DNA from: a bacterium
Lineage (GTDB): Bacteria; Bacillota; Clostridia; Christensenellales; UBA1242
Direction of reading: 5' to 3'
NCBI GenBank assembly: GCA_024692805.1
Contig: JAILMD010000035.1
Location: 1-57,283, forward strand
DNA length: 57,283 nt
Below, in pieces: positions 1 to 9,267 of this stretch. Both the position numbers and the translations under genes were made by a program. The notes under the pieces were generated by a model, which was not told the origin of the DNA, did not search any database, and was given only the letters and a program-made list of their open reading frames with translations. Positions within the stretch are counted from its first letter, which is position 1. Each line of letters starts with the position of its first letter.

Positions 1-758
1 ATCAAGTTATATTGCCTGCTTATGATTTGTTAAATATTTATAATGATGAAGACGAAATTAAAGAAGCTATAGATAACGGTTTAAAAGTAAGACTCGGTAA
101 TTATAGTATTAATTTTATGGAATTAGAAGTTGTTGGGATAACAAGTTTTGATGACCCAATATTTAACTTTAATACTTATAACAAAATACATAATGAATTA
201 TTGAGAGGCTATTGCTTTATTATTACAAATCTAAATCAGGGGGATAACTCTGAATTTGTTAAATATTGTGAAACGGAGCATGATGGAGTTTATTTCAATG
301 TTATAAATAACGCGACTGCTATTCTAGACTCTTTCGGTTCAACAGTTAAATCTGTTACACAATATGTATTGTATGTTGCAATTGGGTTTGCTGTTTTTGC
401 CGCCGTGTTTATGATGAATTATTTCTCAACATCAATTTCTTATAAGAAGCGTGAAATAGGAATATTAAGAGCGCTTGGAGCAAGAGGAAAAGATGTTTTT
501 GGAATATTCTTTAATGAAGGCTTAATTATAGCAGGAATCAATTTTATCATATCAAGCATTTTAACGATAGTGTTATGTTTTGTTATTAATAATGCAACAG
601 TATCAGGGCTTGGTGTTTCTATAGTTTTACTTAATGCCGGGATAAAACAAATATTATTAATATTGGCAATAAGCGTCTTTTCTGCATTTATATCAAGCCT
701 TATTCCTGTTAATAAGATATCGCGTAAAAAGCCAATTGATGCTATTAATAATAGATAA
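1..758 (+). CDS. ABC transporter permease, FtsX/MacB family (3' part; gene starts upstream of window)
   Basis: Frame is open from the window edge to TAA at 756-758. C-terminal FtsX-type multi-TM module (YKKREIGILRALGARGKDVFGIFFNEGLII ... LIPVNKISRKKPIDAI). Confidence 0.8.
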   Translation, partial: QVILPAYDLLNIYNDEDEIKEAIDNGLKVRLGNYSINFMELEVVGITSFDDPIFNFNTYNKIHNELLRGYCFIITNLNQGDNSEFVKYCETEHDGVYFNVINNATAILDSFGSTVKSVTQYVLYVAIGFAVFAAVFMMNYFSTSISYKKREIGILRALGARGKDVFGIFFNEGLIIAGINFIISSILTIVLCFVINNATVSGLGVSIVLLNAGIKQILLILAISVFSAFISSLIPVNKISRKKPIDAINNR

Positions 759-886
759 TTTAATTTTTAAATGGGCTAAAATCATTAGCCCATTTTCATT
801 TCTTAATAGAAAAATGATAAAATATGTCATTATAACCTTTTCAAAAAACAAAACATATGATATATTAAAAATAAGGAGAGGAGATT

Positions 887-1153
887 ATGGAAAATCAAGA
901 ACAAAAAGAAGTAAGAATTTCAAGCAGTTTACTCAATCTTTTATTTGCGATTGTTGCTTTAGGCTTGATTGTTCTTTGCAAGATTCTCTTTGGATTTGGA
1001 GTTGCTAGCAGTGTTCTTTATGGAATCATGAGCATATTAATTTATTGCTTACCATTTGTTGGAATGCTTCTTAGCTATTTTAGCAACAAAAAGTTAACTT
1101 TTGAATTCTGGGCAAATCTTGCAGTTCTAGCATTTGCAATCTGGCAATTCTAA
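887..1153 (+). CDS. small hydrophobic membrane protein (88 aa, about 3 TM), unknown function
   Basis: ATG preceded by aaggagaggag RBS. Strongly hydrophobic. Followed by a hairpin terminator. Preferred over the overlapping ORF 736..1008. Confidence 0.6.
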   Translation: MENQEQKEVRISSSLLNLLFAIVALGLIVLCKILFGFGVASSVLYGIMSILIYCLPFVGMLLSYFSNKKLTFEFWANLAVLAFAIWQF

Positions 1154-1160
1154 AAAAAAG

Positions 1161-1183
1161 TAAGGCGCAAGCCTTATTTTTTT
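1161..1183 (+). terminator. rho-independent terminator
   Basis: taaggc-gcaa-gcctta hairpin followed by a T7 run. Confidence 0.7.
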
Positions 1184-1391
1184 ACTGCTAAATTTTAAAA
1201 GTGTGGTAATTGAAGTGTTTTTATTACTTATATTTTGAAAAATAATAAAAATGCTGCGTTTTGAATAAAAATTAGCGTAAAAAGTTAAAAATTTTTTAAA
1301 ATTTTAAGAAAAATATAAAAAAATTAGTAAAAGGTATTGCAAAATTTTTAAATATGGATTAAAATATAAGTGTTAAATAAGGAGATTAAAT

Positions 1392-2324
1392 ATGAAAATT
1401 TTTGCCATAGTTTTAATCATTTTAGGTATCATCGCAGTTGTTGGCTTCTCAATTGCTTTCTTTACTGAAATCTTTAAAACTAATAAAGAAGTAAAAGAAG
1501 AACAACCAGAAAATGTTTCTAATGAAGAAGTAAAAGAAGAACAACAAGAAGATAACAATGCTGTTCAAGACGAATTTGATCTTGATTCAATGCTTGCAAG
1601 ACTTGAAGCAAACGCAATTGCAAACAATCAAGAAGCTGCTGAAGAAGAAGTTGAACAACCAAAAGAAGAAGTTGTTGAAGAAGCAGAACAACCAAAAGAA
1701 GAAGTTGTTGAAGAAGTTAAAGAGGAAGAAAAACCTCAAGAAGTTGAAGAAGTTGAAGAAGTTAAAGAAGAAGCAGAAGTAACTGATGCTAAAGAAGAAA
1801 AAACTGGTTCAACAAAAGTTATTGTTGTAACTGAAAAAACTGAAGAAGTTATCAATAATAACGCTCAACCTGAAGAAGTTAAAGAGCAAGAAGTTGTTGA
1901 CCTTTCAACAAGACTTGCTAGTGTTAAAGAAGCTCAAGAAAAAGTTGATGCTGATTTAACTAAAGCTAGCCGTGACGTTAACAGATATGAAAGAACTGAA
2001 AGAAGAATGGCTAGAAACCAAAAACTTCTTGATAAGAAAGCTGACGACTTAACTAAATTAAACCTTGTTTTATATAGCGTTACTGATATTAAAAACATTG
2101 ACCAAGAAAAGAAACAAAAACAAGAAGAATTAACTGTTCATATTAATGAATTAAAATCTAGCATAAGAGATGCTGAAAATTATCTTGAAACTAACAAAGA
2201 AAAATACGAAAACAGCAAAAAGATGCAAGCATTCTTCGAAGGCGAGAAAGCAAGACTTGACGCTGACGAGCAAGAAATCTTAACTCTTATGGGCAAAAAC
2301 AAAAAAGATAGCGACGAAGAATAA
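1392..2324 (+). CDS. N-terminally membrane-anchored, Glu/Lys-rich repeat and coiled-coil protein (310 aa)
   Basis: RBS aaggag 7 nt upstream. One N-terminal TM (IFAIVLIILGIIAVVGFSIAFF), an acidic EEV/KEE low-complexity repeat, then heptad-like C-terminal half. Confidence 0.75.
   Translation: MKIFAIVLIILGIIAVVGFSIAFFTEIFKTNKEVKEEQPENVSNEEVKEEQQEDNNAVQDEFDLDSMLARLEANAIANNQEAAEEEVEQPKEEVVEEAEQPKEEVVEEVKEEEKPQEVEEVEEVKEEAEVTDAKEEKTGSTKVIVVTEKTEEVINNNAQPEEVKEQEVVDLSTRLASVKEAQEKVDADLTKASRDVNRYERTERRMARNQKLLDKKADDLTKLNLVLYSVTDIKNIDQEKKQKQEELTVHINELKSSIRDAENYLETNKEKYENSKKMQAFFEGEKARLDADEQEILTLMGKNKKDSDEE
1653..1718 (+). repeat. 2 x 33-nt in-frame tandem repeat (EQPKEEVVEEA)
   Basis: gaacaaccaaaagaagaagttgttgaagaag occurs at 1653 and again at 1686. 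The two 33-nt units match at 31 of 33 positions. Confidence 0.9.
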
Positions 2325-2330
2325 TTTACA

Positions 2331-2353
2331 AACCCGCAATTAGCGGGTTTTTT
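2331..2353 (+). terminator. rho-independent terminator
   Basis: aacccgc-aatta-gcgggtt hairpin plus T run. Confidence 0.8.
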
Positions 2354-2444
2354 GTTGCAAAAAATTAAAAAACAAAATAAAAATTTGACTTATTCTTTTA
2401 TGTTGGTTAATATTAATATAGTAACTAATAATAGGAGAGTTATT

Positions 2445-3635
2445 ATGAATAAGAAAACTTTTAAGGATATTGATGTAAAAAATAAAAAAGTTTTAGTTAG
2501 AGCAGATTTTAATGTTCCTCTTGATGAAATGGGAAACATTGTTGATGATACAAGAATTAAGGCGAGTTTGCCAACAATTCTATACTTAATAAAACATGGG
2601 GCAAAGGTTATTCTTTGTTCTCACCTTGGAAGACCAGATGGAATGGTTAACCCAAAACTTTCTCTTGAGCCTGTTAGCAAAAGGCTTAGCGAACTTTTAG
2701 GTCAAGAAGTTTTAATGGCGAGCGACGTTATTGGCGATAGCGCAAAGGAGTTAAGCGCTAACTTAAAACCTGGCCAAGTTATGCTTCTTGAAAACGTAAG
2801 ATTTCATAAAGAGGAAGAAGAAAACGATTCAAGGTTTGCAGGCGAGCTTGCTAGCCTTGCTGAAATTTATGTTAATGACGCTTTTGGAACAGCTCACAGG
2901 GCTCATGCTTCAACGGCAGGGGTTGCTTGTTATCTTCCTGCAGTTGCTGGATTTTTAATGAGCAGCGAGATTGTTGCTTTATCTAAGGTTATGGATAACC
3001 CAGCAAGACCATTTGTTGTCATATTAGGCGGAGCAAAGATTAGTGATAAAATTGGAATTATAGGGAAATTGCTTTTAAAGGCGAACACTATTTTAATTGG
3101 TGGGGCAATGGCAAACACTTTCCTCGCAGCAAAAGGTGGCAAACTAGGGCTTTCTAGATATGAGAAAGATAAAATTGCTGTTGCTAATAAAATTTTAGAC
3201 GAAGCAGATAAGAAAAACGTTAAAATTGTTATTCCTAAAGATGTTGTTGTTGCCAAAGAGTTTGCGCCAAATAGCAAAACAAAATGTGTTAATGCGCTTT
3301 CAATTCCTGATGGGTATCAAGCGCTTGATATTGGTCCTAAAACATTAAAGGCATTTAAGAAAGAAATTATGAACGCTCAAACTATTGTTTGGAATGGTCC
3401 TATGGGCGTTTATGAGTTTGCTAAGTTTAAAAAGGGAACAATGAAAATTGCTAAATATGTTGCTAAAAGTAAAGCCGTTAGCGTTGTTGGTGGCGGCGAT
3501 AGCGTTTCAAGCGTTAATGAAAGCGGATATGCTGATAAGATTAACCATATATCAACGGGTGGCGGGGCAACGCTTAAGTTCTTAGAAGGGGCAAATATGC
3601 CTGGAATTGAAATGCTTTTAGATAAGGAAGATTAA
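2445..3635 (+). CDS. pgk: phosphoglycerate kinase
   Basis: MNKKTFKDIDVKNKKVLVRADFNVPLD N-terminus and full-length PGK-like sequence. ATG 2445 has an aggagag RBS. The ORF-track start at 2352 is an upstream in-frame extension. Confidence 0.95.
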   Translation: MNKKTFKDIDVKNKKVLVRADFNVPLDEMGNIVDDTRIKASLPTILYLIKHGAKVILCSHLGRPDGMVNPKLSLEPVSKRLSELLGQEVLMASDVIGDSAKELSANLKPGQVMLLENVRFHKEEEENDSRFAGELASLAEIYVNDAFGTAHRAHASTAGVACYLPAVAGFLMSSEIVALSKVMDNPARPFVVILGGAKISDKIGIIGKLLLKANTILIGGAMANTFLAAKGGKLGLSRYEKDKIAVANKILDEADKKNVKIVIPKDVVVAKEFAPNSKTKCVNALSIPDGYQALDIGPKTLKAFKKEIMNAQTIVWNGPMGVYEFAKFKKGTMKIAKYVAKSKAVSVVGGGDSVSSVNESGYADKINHISTGGGATLKFLEGANMPGIEMLLDKED

Positions 3636-3636
3636 T

Positions 3637-4350
3637 ATGGGAAAATTAGTTGTTGCGAACTGGAAAATGAATAAAACAATAGGCGAAGCGGAAGAGTTTT
3701 GCTCTCATTTTAATAAAAAGGCAGATAACTATATTATCTGCTGTTCAGCAACGCTAATTAAGTCTGTTTTTGACTGTTTAAAGAATAGTAATAATATTGG
3801 TGCCCAAAATATTTGCGCATATGAAGAAGGGGCTTATACGGGCGAAATTAGCGCTAAAATGGTTAAAGATGCAGGCGCTAACGTTACAATTCTTGGCCAC
3901 AGCGAAAGGCGTCATATTTTTAATGAAACAAATGACGATTTAAGAAAGAAATTAGATATCGCAAATAAATATGGTTTGCAAGTTATTTTCTGTGTTGGTG
4001 AAACGCTTGAAGAACACGATAACATTGAAAGTGTTTTAGTTAACCAGCTAAAAATTTTAACAAAAGAAGATTTAGGTAACCTTATCATTGCTTATGAGCC
4101 TGTTTGGGCAATAGGAACAGGGAAGGTTGCAACAGAAGAAGATATTTTAGTTGCACACAAAATTGTTAAAGAGTATGTTAAACGTAACCTTGGTAGCAAC
4201 ATTAAGGTTTTATATGGTGGAAGCGTTAAGCCTGAAAATGCAGCTGAAATTTTAAGATTAAACTGTGTTGATGGCGTTTTAGTTGGTGGGGCAAGCCTTG
4301 ATCCTGTTAAGTTTGAGTCACTAATTAAAACTGCAAATGAGGTGTTATGA
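3637..4350 (+). CDS. tpiA: triosephosphate isomerase
   Basis: VVANWKMNKT, GHSERR and AYEPVWAIGTG motifs. 1-nt gap after pgk. Confidence 0.95.
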   Translation: MGKLVVANWKMNKTIGEAEEFCSHFNKKADNYIICCSATLIKSVFDCLKNSNNIGAQNICAYEEGAYTGEISAKMVKDAGANVTILGHSERRHIFNETNDDLRKKLDIANKYGLQVIFCVGETLEEHDNIESVLVNQLKILTKEDLGNLIIAYEPVWAIGTGKVATEEDILVAHKIVKEYVKRNLGSNIKVLYGGSVKPENAAEILRLNCVDGVLVGGASLDPVKFESLIKTANEVL

Positions 4351-5876
4351 CAGACAATAAGTTAGTAACATTAATAATTATGGACGGCGTTGGAATGCCC
4401 AAACTACCTAACGTTAGCGCCGTAACAGAAGAAACAACCCCAAATTTACAAAAACTTGCAAAAGATTACCCTTGTGGGACTCTTGAAGCGAGCGAGTTGG
4501 CGGTTGGGCTTCCTGTTGGCCAAACGGGGACTAGTGAAGTTGGCCATCAAACGATGGGCTCAGGAAGGGTAACATATCAATCAATCGTTAGAATAAATAG
4601 GGAGATTGAAAGCGGTTCTTTTGAGAAGAATGCTGCAATTAATAAAGCCATTGAAAACTGTAAGAAAAACAATAAAGCAATGCATTTAATGGGTATTGTC
4701 AGCGATGGCGGAATTCATAGCCATATCAATCATTTAATTGAACTCATTAGAATTTGTGCTGAAAACAAGCTAGATAAGGTTTATGTTCACTTTATTGCTG
4801 ACGGACGTGATACCCCTCCAAAGTCTGCGCTTATATATGTTAAACAACTTAAAGAGGCAATTAAAAAATATAAAACAGGTGAGATAAGCGATGTTTGCGG
4901 AAGATTCTATGCTCTTGACAGAGATAAAAACTGGGACAGGGTTAAACTTTATTATGACGCATTAACTCGCGGAATTGCTAAAACGGCAAAAAGCGTTGAG
5001 GAAGGTGTTAACGCTAGTTATGATGCTGGCGAAAAAGATGAGTTTATTAAACCGATTATTATAACTAAAAATGGAAAATATGAAGGCAAAATCTGCGAAG
5101 GCGATAGCCTAATTATGTTTAATTTTAGAACTGATAGGGCTAGGCAAACCGCACGTGTTTTCAGCAACGACAATGACTTTGATTGGACTACTAAGTTAAA
5201 CCTAACGCTTGTGACATTAACTAATTATGATGAAAATTTAGGCGGCGTTATTGTTGCTTATGATCAAGAAAAACCAAAAAACATATTAGGCGAAGTTTTA
5301 GCTAATAGAGGTTATAGCCAATTAAGAATTGCTGAAACAGAAAAATATGCTCATGTTACTTTCTTCTTTAACTCGGGTAAAAATGAGCCCTTTAAAGATG
5401 AAAGCCGAATTTTAATTAACAGTGAAAAGGTTGCAACTTATGATTTATTGCCCGAGATGAGTGCTGAAAAAATCGCAAAAGAAGCAATTAAAGGCGTAAA
5501 TTCTCATAAATTTAATGTAATTGTTCTTAATTTTGCAAATGGCGATATGGTTGGGCATAGCGGTAATTTCGAGGCAACAAAAACTGCTGTTAAGTTTGTT
5601 GATAAAAAAGTTAGCGAAGTTGTTAACGCTGTTATAAAGGCTGGTGGGGTTGCGATAGTTACTGCTGACCACGGAAATAGTGACTATATGGTTTATCCTG
5701 ATGGAACGCCAAATAAATCGCATTCATTAGCGCTTGTTCCTATTATTATTGTTGGAGAAAAATTTAAGGGAAAATCAAAGAAAATTTCAGGAACTCTTGC
5801 AGATATAGCACCAACTATGTTAAAATTATTAGGAGAGAAAATTCCAAAAGAAATGACGGGGAAACTGTTAATTTAG
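4347..5876 (+). CDS. gpmI: 2,3-bisphosphoglycerate-independent phosphoglycerate mutase
   Basis: 509 aa. IIMDGVG and TSEVGHQTMGSGR motifs, C-terminal TADHGN. ATGA overlap with tpiA. Confidence 0.93.
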   Translation: MTDNKLVTLIIMDGVGMPKLPNVSAVTEETTPNLQKLAKDYPCGTLEASELAVGLPVGQTGTSEVGHQTMGSGRVTYQSIVRINREIESGSFEKNAAINKAIENCKKNNKAMHLMGIVSDGGIHSHINHLIELIRICAENKLDKVYVHFIADGRDTPPKSALIYVKQLKEAIKKYKTGEISDVCGRFYALDRDKNWDRVKLYYDALTRGIAKTAKSVEEGVNASYDAGEKDEFIKPIIITKNGKYEGKICEGDSLIMFNFRTDRARQTARVFSNDNDFDWTTKLNLTLVTLTNYDENLGGVIVAYDQEKPKNILGEVLANRGYSQLRIAETEKYAHVTFFFNSGKNEPFKDESRILINSEKVATYDLLPEMSAEKIAKEAIKGVNSHKFNVIVLNFANGDMVGHSGNFEATKTAVKFVDKKVSEVVNAVIKAGGVAIVTADHGNSDYMVYPDGTPNKSHSLALVPIIIVGEKFKGKSKKISGTLADIAPTMLKLLGEKIPKEMTGKLLI

Positions 5877-5885
5877 GAGAGGGTT

Positions 5886-6116
5886 ATGAATTTCTTACTT
5901 TCTAATTTGAGATTTTTACTAGAACAAACAGAAAAAGAGCAAAACCTAACAGTTCTTTATCTTGGCATATTTTTATTTTTGATGGCAATATTAGTTGTTG
6001 ACATTTTTGGTTTAAAAATGTTTGCAGCAAATAAAACCATTAACAAGATTATTTTGGTTATTGTTTTGATTGCTTTTGTTAGCTTTATTGTTGCTTATTT
6101 TGTGATGGTTAAATAG
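5886..6116 (+). CDS. small membrane protein (76 aa, 2 TM), unknown function
   Basis: RBS ggagagg upstream. Two hydrophobic helices. Occupies the position where eno often follows gpmI. Confidence 0.55.
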   Translation: MNFLLSNLRFLLEQTEKEQNLTVLYLGIFLFLMAILVVDIFGLKMFAANKTINKIILVIVLIAFVSFIVAYFVMVK

Positions 6117-6178
6117 TTAAAAATACTTGAATTGTTTTACTTACTATGTTATACTACTATTTGCCTAGGGAGAGATTT

Positions 6179-6499
6179 ATGGAAATTTTAAATTTATTAC
6201 TTGCTGATGAGAATAAAGAAGTTAGCGCATTTGCTAAAAATGTTGTTCCTGTTTTAAAGATCGTTATAGCGTGTGTTATTGCGCTATGTGCTATTTTTAT
6301 GATTATTGCTGTTGTTAGCCAAAAAGGTGAAAGCAATGGAATTACCGGAGTAACAGGCAACGCTGATACTTTCTATAACAGAAACAAAGGCGCTTCATTA
6401 CAAGGCAAAATTAAAAAGCTTACTGCTATTGATGCTGCTGTTTTGTTAGTTTTATGTATTGCATTTCTTATTCTTAATATTATTTACGGCGGTTTTTAG
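6179..6499 (+). CDS. secG: preprotein translocase subunit SecG (probable)
   Basis: 2-TM protein with SecG-like core (VVSQKGESNGITGVTGNADTFYNRNKGASLQGKIKKLT). ATG 6179 has an agggagag RBS. The ORF-track start 6146 is probably an extension. Confidence 0.7.
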   Translation: MEILNLLLADENKEVSAFAKNVVPVLKIVIACVIALCAIFMIIAVVSQKGESNGITGVTGNADTFYNRNKGASLQGKIKKLTAIDAAVLLVLCIAFLILNIIYGGF

Positions 6500-6512
6500 A
6501 GATTTAAAGATT

Positions 6513-6537
6513 AAGGGCTTCGGCCCTTATTTTTTTG
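6513..6537 (+). terminator. rho-independent terminator
   Basis: aagggc-ttcg-gccctt hairpin plus T run. Confidence 0.85.
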
Positions 6538-6583
6538 TATTTTTTTATAATTTTTGAGCATGCTAAAGAAAGGAGGGATTTTT

Positions 6584-6808
6584 ATGATTATTGCAAACAT
6601 AATTGCGTTGTCTATTGCAATTATTGGCTGTCTTAACTGGTTTTTAGTTGGTGTTTTTAGCTGGAACCTAGTTACATGGATCTTTGGCGTTGGATTGTTT
6701 ACAAGAATTATTTATGCAATAGTTGGTATTGCTGGAATTTGGCTACTCATTCAACTTTTATTTAAAAGAACAAGGCTTTTTGCATCTCAAGACAGAAGAA
6801 ATCAATAG
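6584..6808 (+). CDS. DUF378-family small membrane protein
   Basis: IGCLNWFLVGVFSWNLVTWIFG matches the DUF378 signature (LNWGLVG...LV..iFG). ATG 6584 is preceded by aaaggaggg. Confidence 0.8.
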   Translation: MIIANIIALSIAIIGCLNWFLVGVFSWNLVTWIFGVGLFTRIIYAIVGIAGIWLLIQLLFKRTRLFASQDRRNQ

Positions 6809-6812
6809 ACTT

Positions 6813-6844
6813 AAAACGACCTAAAATTAGGTCGTTTTTATTTT
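6813..6844 (+). terminator. rho-independent terminator
   Basis: aaaacgacc-N8-ggtcgtttt hairpin plus T-rich tail. Confidence 0.8.
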
Positions 6845-6887
6845 GCATAAGAATAAAAATGTGATAAACTTTCTTTACGAGGATATT

Positions 6888-8672
6888 ATGGAAAGAGAAA
6901 AGCAAGAAGAAAAGTTTATCTGGAGAATTGAAGACATTTATCCTTCATTAGAAGCCTTTGTTAATGATTGTGACAGATTAAAGCTAAAACTAAGAAAACT
7001 TGAGGGATTTAAAGGAAAACTTAACAACCCTAACACGATTTTAAATTATCTTAATCTTGAAGAAGAAATGGAGCGCAGCCTTGAAAAGATAATTGTTTTT
7101 TCACATATGAAAAAAAGCACTTGTGGGGCTGAGGCGGAATGCGCTAAAATAACCGATCTTGCGCAAGATGTTTCAGTTAAGGCTGGAATAGCAACAAGTT
7201 TTGCTGGAGATGAAATTTCAAAACTTGCTAATGACCAATTAAGGTCAATGGCCAAAGACCCGGCATTTGCAAACTTTAAGAAAAGCCTTGAATTATTAAT
7301 TAGAAACAAACCTCATATTAGGGAAGAAAGCATTGAGAAACTAGTTTCTCATACTGGTTCATTTTCTGATTTTGAATCAATTTTTCAATCATTAAGCGAT
7401 ATTGAAATGCCAATAGCAGATATTGTTTTAAAAAATGGAAAACATTTAACATTAAACAATTCAAATTATTCTAAATTCTTGCATAGCCCCGATAGGTTTG
7501 TTAGAGAGCAAGCCTATAACAAGCTTTATGATGCATATAGGAAACTAAACTTAACTTATTCAGGAATTTATCTTAACGCTTGTAGAGAGTCAAACTTTAT
7601 AACCCAAACATATAACTTTAAAACCACTTTTGAAAGACATTGTTTTTATGATGAGGCAGACGTTAATATTGTTAGCGTTTTGTTAAAGAGCGTTAAAAAG
7701 GCGTTGCCACTTCTTCAAAGGATGCAGAAGATTCGTAAGAAAGCATTAAAGATTGATGACTATTCGCTTTATGATATTTTTGCTCCTTTAACAAACTCTA
7801 AATTACCAAAATATTATTACACTAAGGCCGAGAAAACAATTAAAGATTCGCTCAAAGTTATGGGAGAAGATTATATAACTTTGATTAACCACGCCCTTCA
7901 CGATAGGTGGGTTGACCTTTATCCAGCGAAAAATAAAGACAGCAGTTGTTATTGTATTTCTTGCTATGATGTTCATCCTTTTGTTTTGACTAACTATAAC
8001 AACACTGCCGAAGCAGTCAGCACGCTTTCTCACGAATTGGGTCACGCTATGCAAAGTTATTTAGCAGGGCTTAGCCAACCGTTCGGAACATTTGAGTGTT
8101 CTAGGCTTACTTGCGAGATAGCAAGCACGGTTAACGAAATTTTAACTAAGAAATATATTATTGATTCAACAACCGACCCTGATGAAAAGATTGCGGCTAT
8201 TGATAGTTTGCTTGGCGATTTTTATGGGGCAATTTATAAGCAGAGTTTATATACTGAGTTTGAAATGTTTGTTTTCTCACGAATTGAAAGTGGGGAAAGC
8301 GTAACCTTTGAAGATTTAAATAAAAAATATTATGAATTATTAAAAGAATATTTTGGAAATAGTGTTCAAATCAGTGAGTTAAGTGGGTTTGAGTGGAGTA
8401 GAATTCCTCACTTTTATTCACCATTTTATGTTTATAAATATGTTGTTGGCTTTTCTAGCGCTATTAATATTTGCAGCAATCTTCTTTCTGGAGAGAAAGC
8501 TTATAAAGATAATTACCTTGAATTTTTAAAGTCAGGAAGCTCAAAATCACCAAAAGAACTTTTAAAACTTGCTGGAATTGACCTTCTTGACGAGAAACTT
8601 TATGATAACGCACTTCAACTTTATTCACTTTATATTGACGAATTAGAAGCCTTATTAAAGGAGAAAAAGTAA
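6888..8672 (+). CDS. pepF: oligoendopeptidase F (M3B metallopeptidase)
   Basis: About 594 aa. HELGHAM zinc motif and overall M3B-like layout. ATG 6888 chosen over the TTG at 6843. Confidence 0.88.
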   Translation: MEREKQEEKFIWRIEDIYPSLEAFVNDCDRLKLKLRKLEGFKGKLNNPNTILNYLNLEEEMERSLEKIIVFSHMKKSTCGAEAECAKITDLAQDVSVKAGIATSFAGDEISKLANDQLRSMAKDPAFANFKKSLELLIRNKPHIREESIEKLVSHTGSFSDFESIFQSLSDIEMPIADIVLKNGKHLTLNNSNYSKFLHSPDRFVREQAYNKLYDAYRKLNLTYSGIYLNACRESNFITQTYNFKTTFERHCFYDEADVNIVSVLLKSVKKALPLLQRMQKIRKKALKIDDYSLYDIFAPLTNSKLPKYYYTKAEKTIKDSLKVMGEDYITLINHALHDRWVDLYPAKNKDSSCYCISCYDVHPFVLTNYNNTAEAVSTLSHELGHAMQSYLAGLSQPFGTFECSRLTCEIASTVNEILTKKYIIDSTTDPDEKIAAIDSLLGDFYGAIYKQSLYTEFEMFVFSRIESGESVTFEDLNKKYYELLKEYFGNSVQISELSGFEWSRIPHFYSPFYVYKYVVGFSSAINICSNLLSGEKAYKDNYLEFLKSGSSKSPKELLKLAGIDLLDEKLYDNALQLYSLYIDELEALLKEKK

Positions 8673-9241
8673 TGTTTGTTTTAGTTATAGGACCAAGTGG
8701 ATGTGGTAAAAATACAATTATTGAAGCCATTTTAACAAAATTTAATGGCAAAATTGCAGTTTTACCAAGCTTTACAACTAGAAACATAAGGCCAGGCGAA
8801 GTTGAAGGAAAGTTTTATTGCTTTATTTCTTTTGATGAGTTTTTAAAGCGAATTGATAACAAAGAGTTTATTGAATATGAAAAGGTTCATGCGAACGGAA
8901 ACTATTATGGCGTGAGTAAAGTTAAATATGATGAGTATTCGAAGATTTACCCAATGTTAATTAAAGACGTTGATGTTCACGGCGTTGCTAACATTAAAAA
9001 GCAAGGATATGACACTCTTACAATTTATATTGACGTTCCTTATGACGAGCTTAAACAAAGACTCAAAACAAGGGGAGAATCCGACGAAGAAATTGAGTTA
9101 AGACTAAAAAGAAAAGAACATGAAGATAGTTTTAAACCAAGTTGTGACTATATTGTTGAAAATATTGATTTAAACAAGGCAATAGGCGAAGTTGAAAACA
9201 TAATAAAAGCTGAAATGGCTAAAAGAAAAATAGGTTTTTAA
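8672..9241 (+). CDS. gmk: guanylate kinase(-like)
   Basis: GPSGCGKNT P-loop, then TTRNIRPGEVEGKFYCFISFDEF and EYEKVHANGNYYGV. TAATG overlap with pepF. Confidence 0.8.
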   Translation: MFVLVIGPSGCGKNTIIEAILTKFNGKIAVLPSFTTRNIRPGEVEGKFYCFISFDEFLKRIDNKEFIEYEKVHANGNYYGVSKVKYDEYSKIYPMLIKDVDVHGVANIKKQGYDTLTIYIDVPYDELKQRLKTRGESDEEIELRLKRKEHEDSFKPSCDYIVENIDLNKAIGEVENIIKAEMAKRKIGF

Positions 9242-9267
9242 AACAATATTTAAGGGAAAAATTAAGT

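Noticed and set aside
736-1008. 90-aa ORF overlapping the end of the FtsX gene and the 887..1153 ORF.
   Set aside because: It has no RBS and spans an intergenic promoter-like AT tract. The 887..1153 frame has a strong RBS and a coherent membrane-protein sequence.
1558-1782. 74-aa Lys/Leu-rich ORF (KKLKKLKK...).
   Set aside because: It is the +1 frame of the GAAGAAGTT acidic repeat in ORF 1392..2324, an artefact of the repeat.
2352-2444. N-terminal extensions in the ORF track (2352, 6146, 6554, 6843, 24819, 26496, 30184, 40163, 42912, 43252, 45221, 48714).
   Set aside because: The extensions start at TTG/GTG or distant codons, run through promoters, terminators or the upstream gene, and add non-conserved residues. 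Internal ATGs with proper RBS spacing reproduce the canonical protein N-termini.
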